Source of the DNA: Myxococcota bacterium
GTDB taxonomy: Bacteria > Myxococcota_A > SURF-8
Reading direction: 5' to 3'
Assembly (NCBI GenBank): GCA_965140415.1
Contig: OZ223209.1
Span: 96,001 to 160,000 of the forward strand
DNA length: 64,000 nucleotides
Shown: positions 19,292-28,336 of the stretch, in pieces
How the letters are laid out: each line of letters opens with the position of its first letter
Position numbering within the stretch: position 1 is the first letter of the stretch
Position numbers and translations under genes: made by a program
Notes under the pieces: model-generated
The model's database searches: none
What the model was told of the DNA's origin: nothing
The model's input: only the letters and a program-made list of their open reading frames with translations

Positions 19292-20119
19292 ATGGATATC
19301 AAAAGTATGTTGCAGAAACCGGAATTTCCACGGTCGGCGAAGTACGACCCGGAATGGATGCTGGACAATCAGATGGGTCCGAACGCCCTGTGGTTATTGG
19401 AATGGCTGTGCGAGTCGCTGGAATTGAAGCCGGGAATGCGCGTGTTAGATCTAGGCTGTGGAAAAGCCATGACCAGTATCTTTCTGGCAAAGGAATTCGG
19501 TGTACATGTTACTGCTGCCGATCTGTGGATGAGCCCCGATCACAATTGGAAGCGGGTAGTTCAAGCCGGGGTGGCGGATCTCGTCTGTCCGGTTAAAGCC
19601 GAAGCTCACTCCCTGCCGTTTGCGGCGGAATATTTCGATGCCGTGGTTTCCGTGGATGCTTTCCAGTATTTCGGCACCGACGAATTGTACATCGACTACC
19701 TCTCCCGCCTGGTGCGTCCCGGAGGCGCATTCGGTATCGCTCTTGTGGGTCTGGCAAAAGAACTGGATGGCGACATTCCGACCTGGCTTGCCGAACCACA
19801 ATCCAACGGCAAGGTGTTCTGGGAACCGGCCTGCCGTTGTTTCAAGAGCCCGGAATTCTGGAAAAAACTGTGGCAGGGTAGCCCCATGCTGGAAGACGTT
19901 GCCGTGCAAGCGCAGCCTGATGGCTGGCGGCATTGGCGGGATTTCGAACGCACACTGGAAGCGGCAGGCAAAAGCATTTTCCCCTCCGACGCCGAAGCAT
20001 TGGATAAAGATCGGGGAGAAACCATCGCCTTTTTAGGTTTGACCGCAAAACGCACGCAGCAAGAGGCGGAAGATTTTTACGATCCGGCATTGGGAGCCAA
20101 AGTGGGCGTGGATGTGTAG
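19292..20119 (+). CDS. Class I SAM-dependent methyltransferase
   Basis: VLDLGCGKA motif I, LPFAAEYFDAVVS. Confidence 0.88.
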   Translation: MDIKSMLQKPEFPRSAKYDPEWMLDNQMGPNALWLLEWLCESLELKPGMRVLDLGCGKAMTSIFLAKEFGVHVTAADLWMSPDHNWKRVVQAGVADLVCPVKAEAHSLPFAAEYFDAVVSVDAFQYFGTDELYIDYLSRLVRPGGAFGIALVGLAKELDGDIPTWLAEPQSNGKVFWEPACRCFKSPEFWKKLWQGSPMLEDVAVQAQPDGWRHWRDFERTLEAAGKSIFPSDAEALDKDRGETIAFLGLTAKRTQQEAEDFYDPALGAKVGVDV

Positions 20120-20130
20120 AACGAGTTACC

Positions 20131-20745
20131 TCAGCCCTTCAAGGCGCGCTCGACGAGTTTGAGCATGTCGATCTGGTGGGTCAAATCGGTGATGTAGTCG
20201 ATTTTGTCGGTGCGGATTTCCACCACCGGGCTGAGTTTGTAGTCCTTGATCCAGTTGGCGTATAGGCGGTTGAGACGCTTCAAGTAACGATCATCAACAT
20301 CCTGCTCCATTTCGCGACCTCGCAAAGCGATACGCTGCTTCAAGGTTTTCAGACCACAGCGCAGAAAAATCAGCAGATCAGGGGGACGGATATCCTGCAA
20401 TAACTGTTCGTAGGCCATGCGATACAGGGCGTAGTCGCGCTTGCCGATATGGCCGCACAACGACAGGTTGCGGGCGAAGATCTCTGCGTCTTCGTAAATG
20501 GAGCGATCCAACAACGCCGGGCGTTGCCCGCGCTGGATGGCGCGATACAAGCCGGCTTTGCGGATCAGAAAAAACAGTTGCGAATGCAGCGCCCAGCGCG
20601 GCATGTCGGAGTAGAAGTCGTTCAAATAGGGGTTTTCATCGTTGGGTTCGTACATGGCGCGGACATCGAAACGGCGTTGCAGAAATTCCACCAGGCTCGT
20701 TTTGCCCGATCCCATATTTCCTGCAATCGTGAGAATCCGTCCCAT
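20131..20745 (-). CDS. Deoxynucleoside kinase
   Basis: GNMGSGKTS P-loop, YEP..ENPYL.DFY, DRSIYED, RGREME. Confidence 0.9.
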   Translation of the reverse strand: MGRILTIAGNMGSGKTSLVEFLQRRFDVRAMYEPNDENPYLNDFYSDMPRWALHSQLFFLIRKAGLYRAIQRGQRPALLDRSIYEDAEIFARNLSLCGHIGKRDYALYRMAYEQLLQDIRPPDLLIFLRCGLKTLKQRIALRGREMEQDVDDRYLKRLNRLYANWIKDYKLSPVVEIRTDKIDYITDLTHQIDMLKLVERALKG

Positions 20746-20812
20746 CTGTCCTCCCGCGATTCATGCCACCGGCAATCGTGCCCCCTGAAAAATCAGGAGT
20801 GAAGCGGCGCAC

Positions 20813-22084
20813 TCAGGGTTTGGCCAGCCACTGCAACCCGTGGGTTTCGATGATGTCGTCCAGCACTTCCTTGGCCTTGCTGCCAGGACAGAGCGGATGC
20901 GCCACCAGCGCCATCAGCGCCTTGTCGTAGCTCTGCTCCAATCCGGCTTCCACCGCCAGGGTTTCGTAGGCTTTGACCTGCTGCATCAGTCCGGCGATCT
21001 TCGGTTCCACCGCGCCGACTCGCACCGGCGTGACACTGTCGCGCCGAATGACGGCGGGAATCTCCACCGTCTGATCCGCACCGATGCCGTCCACCGCGTC
21101 CTGGTTGGCCAGGTTGACCACATGGGTGGTGCCACGATCGTTATAAATGGCGTCCATCAGATCCACCGCGATTTTGCTGTAGAAAGCCCCGCCGCGTTTT
21201 TCCAGCTCGGGCGGCTTGGTGACGATGCTTTCGTCTGCGTACTGCGCCAGAAGTTCCTGTTCGACTTCCATCACTTCTTCCGCGCGGGTCTTGTCCTTGG
21301 CTTTCAATTCGGCCAGCATGGTTTCGGTGGCGTAGAAGTAACGCAGATAGGGCGACGGCAGAAAGCCCAGCGCCCGGATGAAATCCTCGCCGTAGTCCAG
21401 TTCCGGCACGTTGGCCGGGCCGCCCTTACCGGCCAGATCCGTAATGATGCGCTCGGTGATCTCTTCGTCGTCCAGCCAGACGCGCCGCACCCAGGCCAGA
21501 TGATTCAAGCCGACGTAGTCGATTTTGATGCGATCCGGGTCGCATTGCAGATACAGCGCCAGATCCATCACGATGCCGATGGGAATGTTGCACAATCCCA
21601 CCACGCGGCGAATCCCGGCTTTATGCAGTGATTCGGTAATCAATCCGCTGGGATTGGTGAAGTTGATCAACCAGGCATTGGGTGCAGTCTCCTGCACGTC
21701 TTTGGCGATGGCCACCATTTCCGGGATGGTACGCAGCGCTTTGGCGAAGCCGCCCACACCGGTCGTTTCCTGACCGATCAGATCGTGCCGCAGACCCAGT
21801 AAAATGTCTTTATGACGCGCGGGCTGCTGCCCCACACGAATCTGCGTCAGAACGAAATCCGCGCCTTTGATGGCGTCACTGCGGTCATTCGTGTATCGAA
21901 TGGAAAAGGGATTTCCGGCATGCGCCACCATGCGCTTGGCGAAGCCGCCAACCACATCGAGCCGCTGCTGGTCGATGTCCATCAATACGACTTCCGTCAA
22001 ATCGATTTCCTGATATCGCTGAATCAAACCCTCAATCAATTCGGGTGAATAGGTGGAGCCGCCGCCGATAATCGCAACCTTCAT
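20813..22084 (-). CDS. GH4 6-phospho-beta-glucosidase
   Basis: IGGGSTY, GQETTGVGGFAKALRTIP, NFTNP, GLCN, GLNH, KRGGA.YS. Confidence 0.9.
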   Translation of the reverse strand: MKVAIIGGGSTYSPELIEGLIQRYQEIDLTEVVLMDIDQQRLDVVGGFAKRMVAHAGNPFSIRYTNDRSDAIKGADFVLTQIRVGQQPARHKDILLGLRHDLIGQETTGVGGFAKALRTIPEMVAIAKDVQETAPNAWLINFTNPSGLITESLHKAGIRRVVGLCNIPIGIVMDLALYLQCDPDRIKIDYVGLNHLAWVRRVWLDDEEITERIITDLAGKGGPANVPELDYGEDFIRALGFLPSPYLRYFYATETMLAELKAKDKTRAEEVMEVEQELLAQYADESIVTKPPELEKRGGAFYSKIAVDLMDAIYNDRGTTHVVNLANQDAVDGIGADQTVEIPAVIRRDSVTPVRVGAVEPKIAGLMQQVKAYETLAVEAGLEQSYDKALMALVAHPLCPGSKAKEVLDDIIETHGLQWLAKP

Positions 22085-22196
22085 CGTCCTGTTTCCTTTC
22101 ATCTAAGCTACCAAGTACAACCAGCGAAGCGAGTCTAGCAGGGGACGATAGGAAAAGCAAGATCGGGGAAATGAGGAAAGATTTTTACCCGTAACG

Positions 22197-22224
22197 AAAA
22201 AGCCCGCTTCATTGGAAGCGGGCT
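22197..22224 (-). terminator. Intrinsic terminator of the FHA gene
   Basis: AGCCCGCTTC-ATTG-GAAGCGGGCT hairpin with a U-tract on the minus strand. Confidence 0.75.
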
Positions 22225-22252
22225 GTGGTGTTTCATGAGGTTGTATGAGGCA

Positions 22253-23686
22253 TCAACTGAATTCGAAGCGCATCAGTTTCTGTCCAATCAGCAGTGTGTC
22301 GTGATTGGCCAGCTTATGCTCTTCTACACGCAAATAGGTGCCGTTACTCGATCCCAGATCGGTCAAGATGCACTTGCCATCTTTGAAACTCAGTTTTGCG
22401 TGACTGCCTGAAATAAAGCCGTCCTGCGGGAAGCTGATATCTCCCTGCTCACGACCGATCGACAAGGTGGACGAATCCAGCGGGAAATGCTCCATCTCCT
22501 TGCCTTCACTGGTAATATGTACCAGCTTTCCCCAAAGTCCTTCGCTGGGGCTACCCAGGAAAGTGGCATTGGCTTCTTCGAACCCATCGACGGTTTCAAA
22601 ATCCTGCAACTGCCGATAAACCAGAACCTGCTGGCCTACTCTGACAATCGAACCGGAAGACAATTCCACATCGCCCTTGACCTTCAAATAAAGACCATTC
22701 TGGCTTTGCAGATCGCGCGCAACGACATCATTCTCGTTTGCGTCGAACACGCAATGTTCCGGCGAGATATAATCGTCGTCCAACAGAATTCCGCCGGATG
22801 TACGCCCGCAGATGTTTTCCCCGGCCATGACATTGAATACACGGCCTTCCCGGCCCGAAGGTTCCAGGATCGTCAGTTTGCCTACGGGATGAGCTTCCTC
22901 CGAATCGGAGGTGCCGACATGCATGAACATGGTTTTTCCCGCGCTTTCCTCCGGCTGCTCTTTCGTGTTGGCTCCACATTGACCGCAGAAACGGTCATCG
23001 GGCAATAACGCTGCACCGCATTTCCAACACTTGAATTCCTCCGCTTGGGACATGTCCACCTCCAAATCTTCTTCTGATGCCTCCGTTTCGGAGTTGTTCG
23101 TATCCAATGGTTCATCCTCGTCCTCGAGGATAAAAACGTCTTCAGATGCTTGTAAACCGCTATCCGACTGATCCGCCTCTGCCTCCAACATCACCGGTTC
23201 GGATTCCACCATTTGATCGGCAGTCAGTTCCAAAGGCTCGTCCATATCGAGCTGTAGCTCGCTATCCTCTTTTTCCTCGGGTTTTTCAGCCGTGTCCAAG
23301 GGCTGATCCAAGGATTCTTCCACATCGATATTGATCTCGTCGAGCAGATCATCCGGCGACAATTCCAGCACCAGTCCTGTCGGGATCTTTTTGGCTGGAG
23401 CTGCCGGTTTCGTTTCCGTTAGATCCGGAACTTGTGAATCCCGACCCGGTATCCCCTGACCAGGCGTTAAAAAGCGATCGCCTTTGGGAGAGGGAACGGG
23501 CATGGGCTCGGAATCTTTTCCTGCTTCTTTGCGAGCCGCTTCGATATCCGGAGATTTTGACGACAGATCGATAAAAAACTGCGATTCGGCTGAATGCGCG
23601 TTTTCAGGATGCAACTCCGCACCGCAGTCGAGACAGTAATTGAAATTCTCCGGGTTGAGCTTCCCGCATTGCGGGCATTGAATCAT
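22253..23686 (-). CDS. Double zinc-ribbon + tandem FHA protein
   Basis: CPQC...CLDCG and CWKC...CGQCG, a long acidic linker, two FHA domains (GR...ISPEH...SQNG; IGR...ISGSH...SSNGT). Confidence 0.85.
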   Translation of the reverse strand: MIQCPQCGKLNPENFNYCLDCGAELHPENAHSAESQFFIDLSSKSPDIEAARKEAGKDSEPMPVPSPKGDRFLTPGQGIPGRDSQVPDLTETKPAAPAKKIPTGLVLELSPDDLLDEINIDVEESLDQPLDTAEKPEEKEDSELQLDMDEPLELTADQMVESEPVMLEAEADQSDSGLQASEDVFILEDEDEPLDTNNSETEASEEDLEVDMSQAEEFKCWKCGAALLPDDRFCGQCGANTKEQPEESAGKTMFMHVGTSDSEEAHPVGKLTILEPSGREGRVFNVMAGENICGRTSGGILLDDDYISPEHCVFDANENDVVARDLQSQNGLYLKVKGDVELSSGSIVRVGQQVLVYRQLQDFETVDGFEEANATFLGSPSEGLWGKLVHITSEGKEMEHFPLDSSTLSIGREQGDISFPQDGFISGSHAKLSFKDGKCILTDLGSSNGTYLRVEEHKLANHDTLLIGQKLMRFEFS

Positions 23687-23857
23687 AGTTCCACCTCACC
23701 GCTAATTCCACGAACAACATTGGTAACAGTAAGTCGCTACAAATATTAACATTGCACGCTCAGATATGCAAGTAAGTGCTTAAACCTACCGGTCCTTGGA
23801 ACGATTGCAAATACTTCCTTTTATAACGTCAGCAATTCCGACGAAATGAAACCGGTC

Positions 23858-26599
23858 TTAATCGATATCGCCGTCGAGATATCCGGCTTCCACATGCAAT
23901 TCGTACTGTCCACTCGAAGCACTGCTGTCCGCCGATAGCCCCGAATCGATGAGGATGTAATACGTGCCATCCTCCGGCGCGACGAAATCAAGGAATTCAC
24001 CGGCATTTACACCATTCTGGTCAACCCCATGCATACAACGCGGCAGATTCTCGCAGTCGTCGACTACCATCAACGCCGGATCGAAATCGCTGTCGATACC
24101 ATCTTCCAAACGGATCAGAACGCCATCGCCGTAAGACATCGTCAGTGCATATAAATGATCGGGTTTGTTGTATAACCAGTACGGGCACTGACCGTATCCC
24201 GTCAATTCGGTAATCGTATCATCGCTCGCTGTCGTATCACCGGTATTCACGTAAGGCAGTGAATCGATGACGAAGTCGGCACTGCAAGCCGGAGTATCCA
24301 CTTCTTCATCGATTTCCTCATCGCCATCCACAGGGATTTCCTCATCGCCATCGACGAACGGATTCAAGGAAACTTCAAGATGGTAGCTGCCGGTTTCGTT
24401 GATATTGACGGTATCCACCACCAGGTAATAGACGCCGTTACTGGGTACGATGTATTCGAAACCTTCCGAAACACCGGGTAAGCCGTTATCCGAACCGGTC
24501 ACACAGGTATTGTCTTCACAGGCCGTATACAGAATCAACGAGGGATTCCAGCCGGCCACATCGCTTAATTCCACATACAGATGATCTCCGGCGTACAAGT
24601 CCAGTTCGTACACCGCATCGCTACCCCACATCGGTTCGCTTAAGTTAACGCAATCCTGATAGGTAAAGCGCTTGGCCATACCGGCAGTCGAACCATTATG
24701 CGAATAAGGCAGATCTCCGCGCGCAATAACGACATCCGCCTCACAAGCGACATCGCCATCAACCACGGTCTCATCTGCATCCGTTTCCGCTTCGATTTCC
24801 TCGTCCATGTCACCATCGACGACTTCTACAAACTGCAAGTTGAGGTCATAGCCTCCCGCCTGACCGAAAACGGTGGAATCCACGACGATGATGTAATGTC
24901 CCCATTCCGGTGCGGTAAACTCTAGCACTTCGGTGGCGCCCACGCCGCCATCGTTTACGGCAGCTAAACAAGCGGTGTCGCTGTTGGTCCAGCCACATTC
25001 TTCCACGATCATCAAAATCGCGTTCCAGTCCGTATCCGGTGTCAGGGTCAAGCGAACGCGCTCGCCTTCGGCCAGAATCAGATCGTACAGGAAATCCTGT
25101 CCAGGCGAACCGCCCAATGTGCCACCGCCTTCCAAATCGCAACCGAAAGCGTTGACACGATTGCCCATGTCAGTCAGGTCGTTGACATCCGTCTGCGGCA
25201 GAAATGCCGGATCGATGGCCAGATCCGCCTGGCAGCTACCCGCGCAGTCATCTCCGTGCAGACACAGTTTGAACGCCAAACCGGCATCGACGCAACAACC
25301 ATCTGTAAAGTCCGAGCAGTCGTTGTCGGTGGTGCATTCCAGGCTGCAATAAGGAGAACTGGCGTTGTCCAGACAGGGATTGGCCATTTGAGATGTCGGT
25401 ATGCATTGCGGTTCGTTTGGAACGGTCGCGGTGCCGCAGGCTTCACCTGCTTCCGACTCTTGTCCCTGTACGCCACAGAATGCCGACACCGCGCAGAAGC
25501 TTTTACCCAATCTCGGAATATCGACGCAACAGCCGCCGTTGAAATCATCGCACTGCGCATCCGTATCACATTCAACCGAACAGACGGAGTAGGGTAGGTT
25601 GAAGCCATTGACGTCCGAGCCGCCGATGCAGCGGCCATCGCCGAAAACGATGGAGCAGTCGAGATCTTCTTCGCACAATTCGGAAGGCAGCGTGTCGCCG
25701 TAAGGAACATAGGCGGCTTTGATGTGATAGGAACTCTGAACGTCGGGAAGTTTGGAGTCCACCACCACAAAGAACGTACCGGAAGAAACCGGACGATAAC
25801 TTAAGGTTTCCGCTTCACCCGCGCCGCTATTGTCGGCTAATTCAAGACATGTGGGATACAAACGACATTCCTGTACGACGTACAACACCAGATCGGCATT
25901 GTCATAGGGAGTCAGTGTAACTTCCAGAACCTGATCGGAGTCCAGGAAGAATTCGTAAACAACATCCGCCCCGGAAAGATCCAGACCCGTTTCGCAAGCC
26001 GGATTCAGGTCGTTGGTCGCGCCGATCAACGTGCCATCGTCTTCATACGGAATGGTTTCCAGTACATCGGAAGTACAGGTTTGCACGATGTCCGGTTCTA
26101 TTTCTTCATCCGGTTCGATATCGGGATCGGCTTCCGCCACATCGCCATCTGCAATATCGGCTTCCGTGTCGTCGCCATCGGGAACGTCGCCATCCACACC
26201 ATCGCCATCTACCGGATCGACGTCTACCAGATCCAGATCGCCGTCGGGCGCATCGCCGTCCACGCCATCACCGTCAACCGGGTCGGTGTCCGTGTTGTCA
26301 CCATCGGTGTCATCCAGATCGGCATCGGTGGTATCGCCGTCGATGGTGTCGCCATCGGAGCCATCGCCATCGGTGGTATCGCCGTCGATGGTATCTCCAT
26401 CGGTGCCGTCACCATCAATGGTATCGCCGTCGATGGCATCACCATCGGAACCGTCGCCATCAACCTGATCCAGATCGGTATCCGCCGGTGGAGTCTCATC
26501 GCCATCCGTCGAATCGTCGGACCCGCCGCTACAAGCGCTTAACCCCAGCACCAGCAGCAAAGTCATCACTATCCAGGCTATCCTTGCGGTTCTGTTCAT
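23858..26599 (-). CDS. Large surface lipoprotein with DGD repeats, four PPC-like beta domains and Cys-rich repeats
   Basis: Lipobox LSAC, a long xxDGD tract, four 'D.VY.l.L...l.L......d..L.v...C...C....D....E.l......G.YyivVD' domains. ATG 26599 follows GGAGA. Confidence 0.8.
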   Translation of the reverse strand: MNRTARIAWIVMTLLLVLGLSACSGGSDDSTDGDETPPADTDLDQVDGDGSDGDAIDGDTIDGDGTDGDTIDGDTTDGDGSDGDTIDGDTTDADLDDTDGDNTDTDPVDGDGVDGDAPDGDLDLVDVDPVDGDGVDGDVPDGDDTEADIADGDVAEADPDIEPDEEIEPDIVQTCTSDVLETIPYEDDGTLIGATNDLNPACETGLDLSGADVVYEFFLDSDQVLEVTLTPYDNADLVLYVVQECRLYPTCLELADNSGAGEAETLSYRPVSSGTFFVVVDSKLPDVQSSYHIKAAYVPYGDTLPSELCEEDLDCSIVFGDGRCIGGSDVNGFNLPYSVCSVECDTDAQCDDFNGGCCVDIPRLGKSFCAVSAFCGVQGQESEAGEACGTATVPNEPQCIPTSQMANPCLDNASSPYCSLECTTDNDCSDFTDGCCVDAGLAFKLCLHGDDCAGSCQADLAIDPAFLPQTDVNDLTDMGNRVNAFGCDLEGGGTLGGSPGQDFLYDLILAEGERVRLTLTPDTDWNAILMIVEECGWTNSDTACLAAVNDGGVGATEVLEFTAPEWGHYIIVVDSTVFGQAGGYDLNLQFVEVVDGDMDEEIEAETDADETVVDGDVACEADVVIARGDLPYSHNGSTAGMAKRFTYQDCVNLSEPMWGSDAVYELDLYAGDHLYVELSDVAGWNPSLILYTACEDNTCVTGSDNGLPGVSEGFEYIVPSNGVYYLVVDTVNINETGSYHLEVSLNPFVDGDEEIPVDGDEEIDEEVDTPACSADFVIDSLPYVNTGDTTASDDTITELTGYGQCPYWLYNKPDHLYALTMSYGDGVLIRLEDGIDSDFDPALMVVDDCENLPRCMHGVDQNGVNAGEFLDFVAPEDGTYYILIDSGLSADSSASSGQYELHVEAGYLDGDID

Positions 26600-26781
26600 C
26601 CCGATTCTCCTCTGCACATTCATAGGCCTATCCTTCCCAAAACAAAAGGAATTGCGAAACCCCGCCCGGCCCATGGCAAGCTTCGTGTGTCACTATAAAC
26701 CATAATAAGGATACCGGAGTGTTTCTTTCGGGTCAAATGAAAAGGAGGTTTTGCCGCTAGTAAAAGCATGTGATTGCAACG

Positions 26782-26813
26782 AAAAAGCCGGAACGCAACT
26801 GCGTTCCGGCTTT
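26782..26813 (-). terminator. Intrinsic terminator after the ECF sigma gene
   Basis: AAAAAGCCGGAACGCA-AC-TGCGTTCCGGCTTT. Confidence 0.75.
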
Positions 26814-26840
26814 CTAGGAGGAGGAAGGTGAAAGAAAAAA

Positions 26841-27407
26841 TCACATATTCAAATAATCGTTGAAAGTGTCGCCGTCGGCGCGCTTGGTCAATTCGCGGCG
26901 TAAGAAGATTTTGCCACGGGCGATGCGCGACATCACGGTTCCGATCGGGATATCCAGGCTATCCGCGATTTCCTTGTAGGACTGATCTCCCAAAACGGCC
27001 ATAACCAGGGGAGTTTTATACTTTTCATCCAGGCGGTCGAGCTGATGCTGAACATCATCGCTGAAGCCTTCGCGCCATTGCTTTTCATTGATGTGTGAAT
27101 TGTCCGGAAGACCATAGGCTACATCTTCATAATCAATGAAGTACTTGTTCTTCCGTTTTTCCACCGTACCCAGAAACAAGTTGCGCAAAATGGCGAAGAG
27201 CCAGCTCCGGCACTTATTTTGATCTTTGAGTTGCTCGAATTTCTGCATGGCAATGAAATAGGTTTCCTGCGTCAGATCTTCGGCGGCGGCGCGCTCGCCA
27301 GTCAGCCGGTAGGCACTCTTAAAGATGTAAGACATATGCGGCAGAGCGATTTCCTGAAATAGTTCATCGTTCCGTTCGTTTGTTGTGTGTTGATCCAAAG
27401 TCGCCAT
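26841..27407 (-). CDS. ECF-family RNA polymerase sigma-70 factor
   Basis: AEDLTQET, SWLFAILRN, SYKEIADSLDIPIGTVMSRIARG. Confidence 0.93.
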   Translation of the reverse strand: MATLDQHTTNERNDELFQEIALPHMSYIFKSAYRLTGERAAAEDLTQETYFIAMQKFEQLKDQNKCRSWLFAILRNLFLGTVEKRKNKYFIDYEDVAYGLPDNSHINEKQWREGFSDDVQHQLDRLDEKYKTPLVMAVLGDQSYKEIADSLDIPIGTVMSRIARGKIFLRRELTKRADGDTFNDYLNM

Positions 27408-27486
27408 GGTTGCACCCTTTCATGATTCCCTTTCGAAGAAGGGATGAAATACAATCGATTTGCGAATGATCACCGTTTCTGTGTAA

Positions 27487-27514
27487 ATTATAACGATCAC
27501 AAATTTAATGTCAA
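27487..27514 (-). promoter_or_regulatory. Consensus sigma70 promoter of the ECF gene
   Basis: Minus strand TTGACA-16 nt-TATAAT, about 80 bp upstream of the ATG. Confidence 0.65.
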
Positions 27515-27708
27515 TATAAATTTGAATTATTCCTAAAAAAAATTCGTTCCAAACAAAATAGAACTAGTTTTTCAGCTTGGAGAGGGAGATTTCGAGCTAG
27601 AAGTCGGAGCCTGTAAGGAAAAGAGCAAAGAGAAAAAGTTCCCAATAGCTAAAATCTCAAGGAACGGAAACCCTCCAGGATGAGTGTCAAGTTGCGTCTT
27701 TAAGATAT

Positions 27709-27725
27709 TGCGAAGACCGTGCCAA
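27709..27725 (-). promoter_or_regulatory. Sigma54 (-24/-12) promoter
   Basis: Minus strand TTGGCACG-GTCT-TCGCA with the GG-N10-GC spacing, and repeated TGGAT/ATCCA motifs upstream. Confidence 0.55.
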
Positions 27726-28336
27726 GCTAAAATGAATCCAAATTTGCCGTTTCTATATCCGTTTTACCTGTTTTGGATGATCCAACATGGTAGGAAGAGG
27801 TGCAATAGCCTAGTTTTATGATAGGAAATACATGAAACACAAATTGGATGTATACCAATATCAAATTTGGATACACCTCACAAATGGACAAAAACGCAAA
27901 TTGTTACCAAAGTGTTTCCGATACTCTGTAATAATTCCAGGAATATATTATCCAATTTAGTTGATTTTATTGAATATTGTAAATAGTAAGCTGAAATTAT
28001 TAATCTTTTTATGTCTTTAGGAGAGATCTTAAATAGTATTTACGGATTACGGATGGAGTGGGGTCTCATCCTGTTCGCAACATTTCGGATCAGGAACGAA
28101 TCCCGATTTACTACTTGGATGCATCAAGGCTCCCACCTTGAATCATCGGTTTACGGTCGGTTATTTTCTCCCAACTATGAAAACAACCACATTTTATAAA
28201 AGTCTTGTTGTTCAAGGCGATTGCATTGTGCGTTTGAGATGTGTACACTGTTTCGATATGTAAGCGAAATGAGGCTGTCTGATTCGATCCGTCCCTGCTG
28301 CATTCGAAAGAGGGAAAAAGCGAAGGAAAAGGGCAG

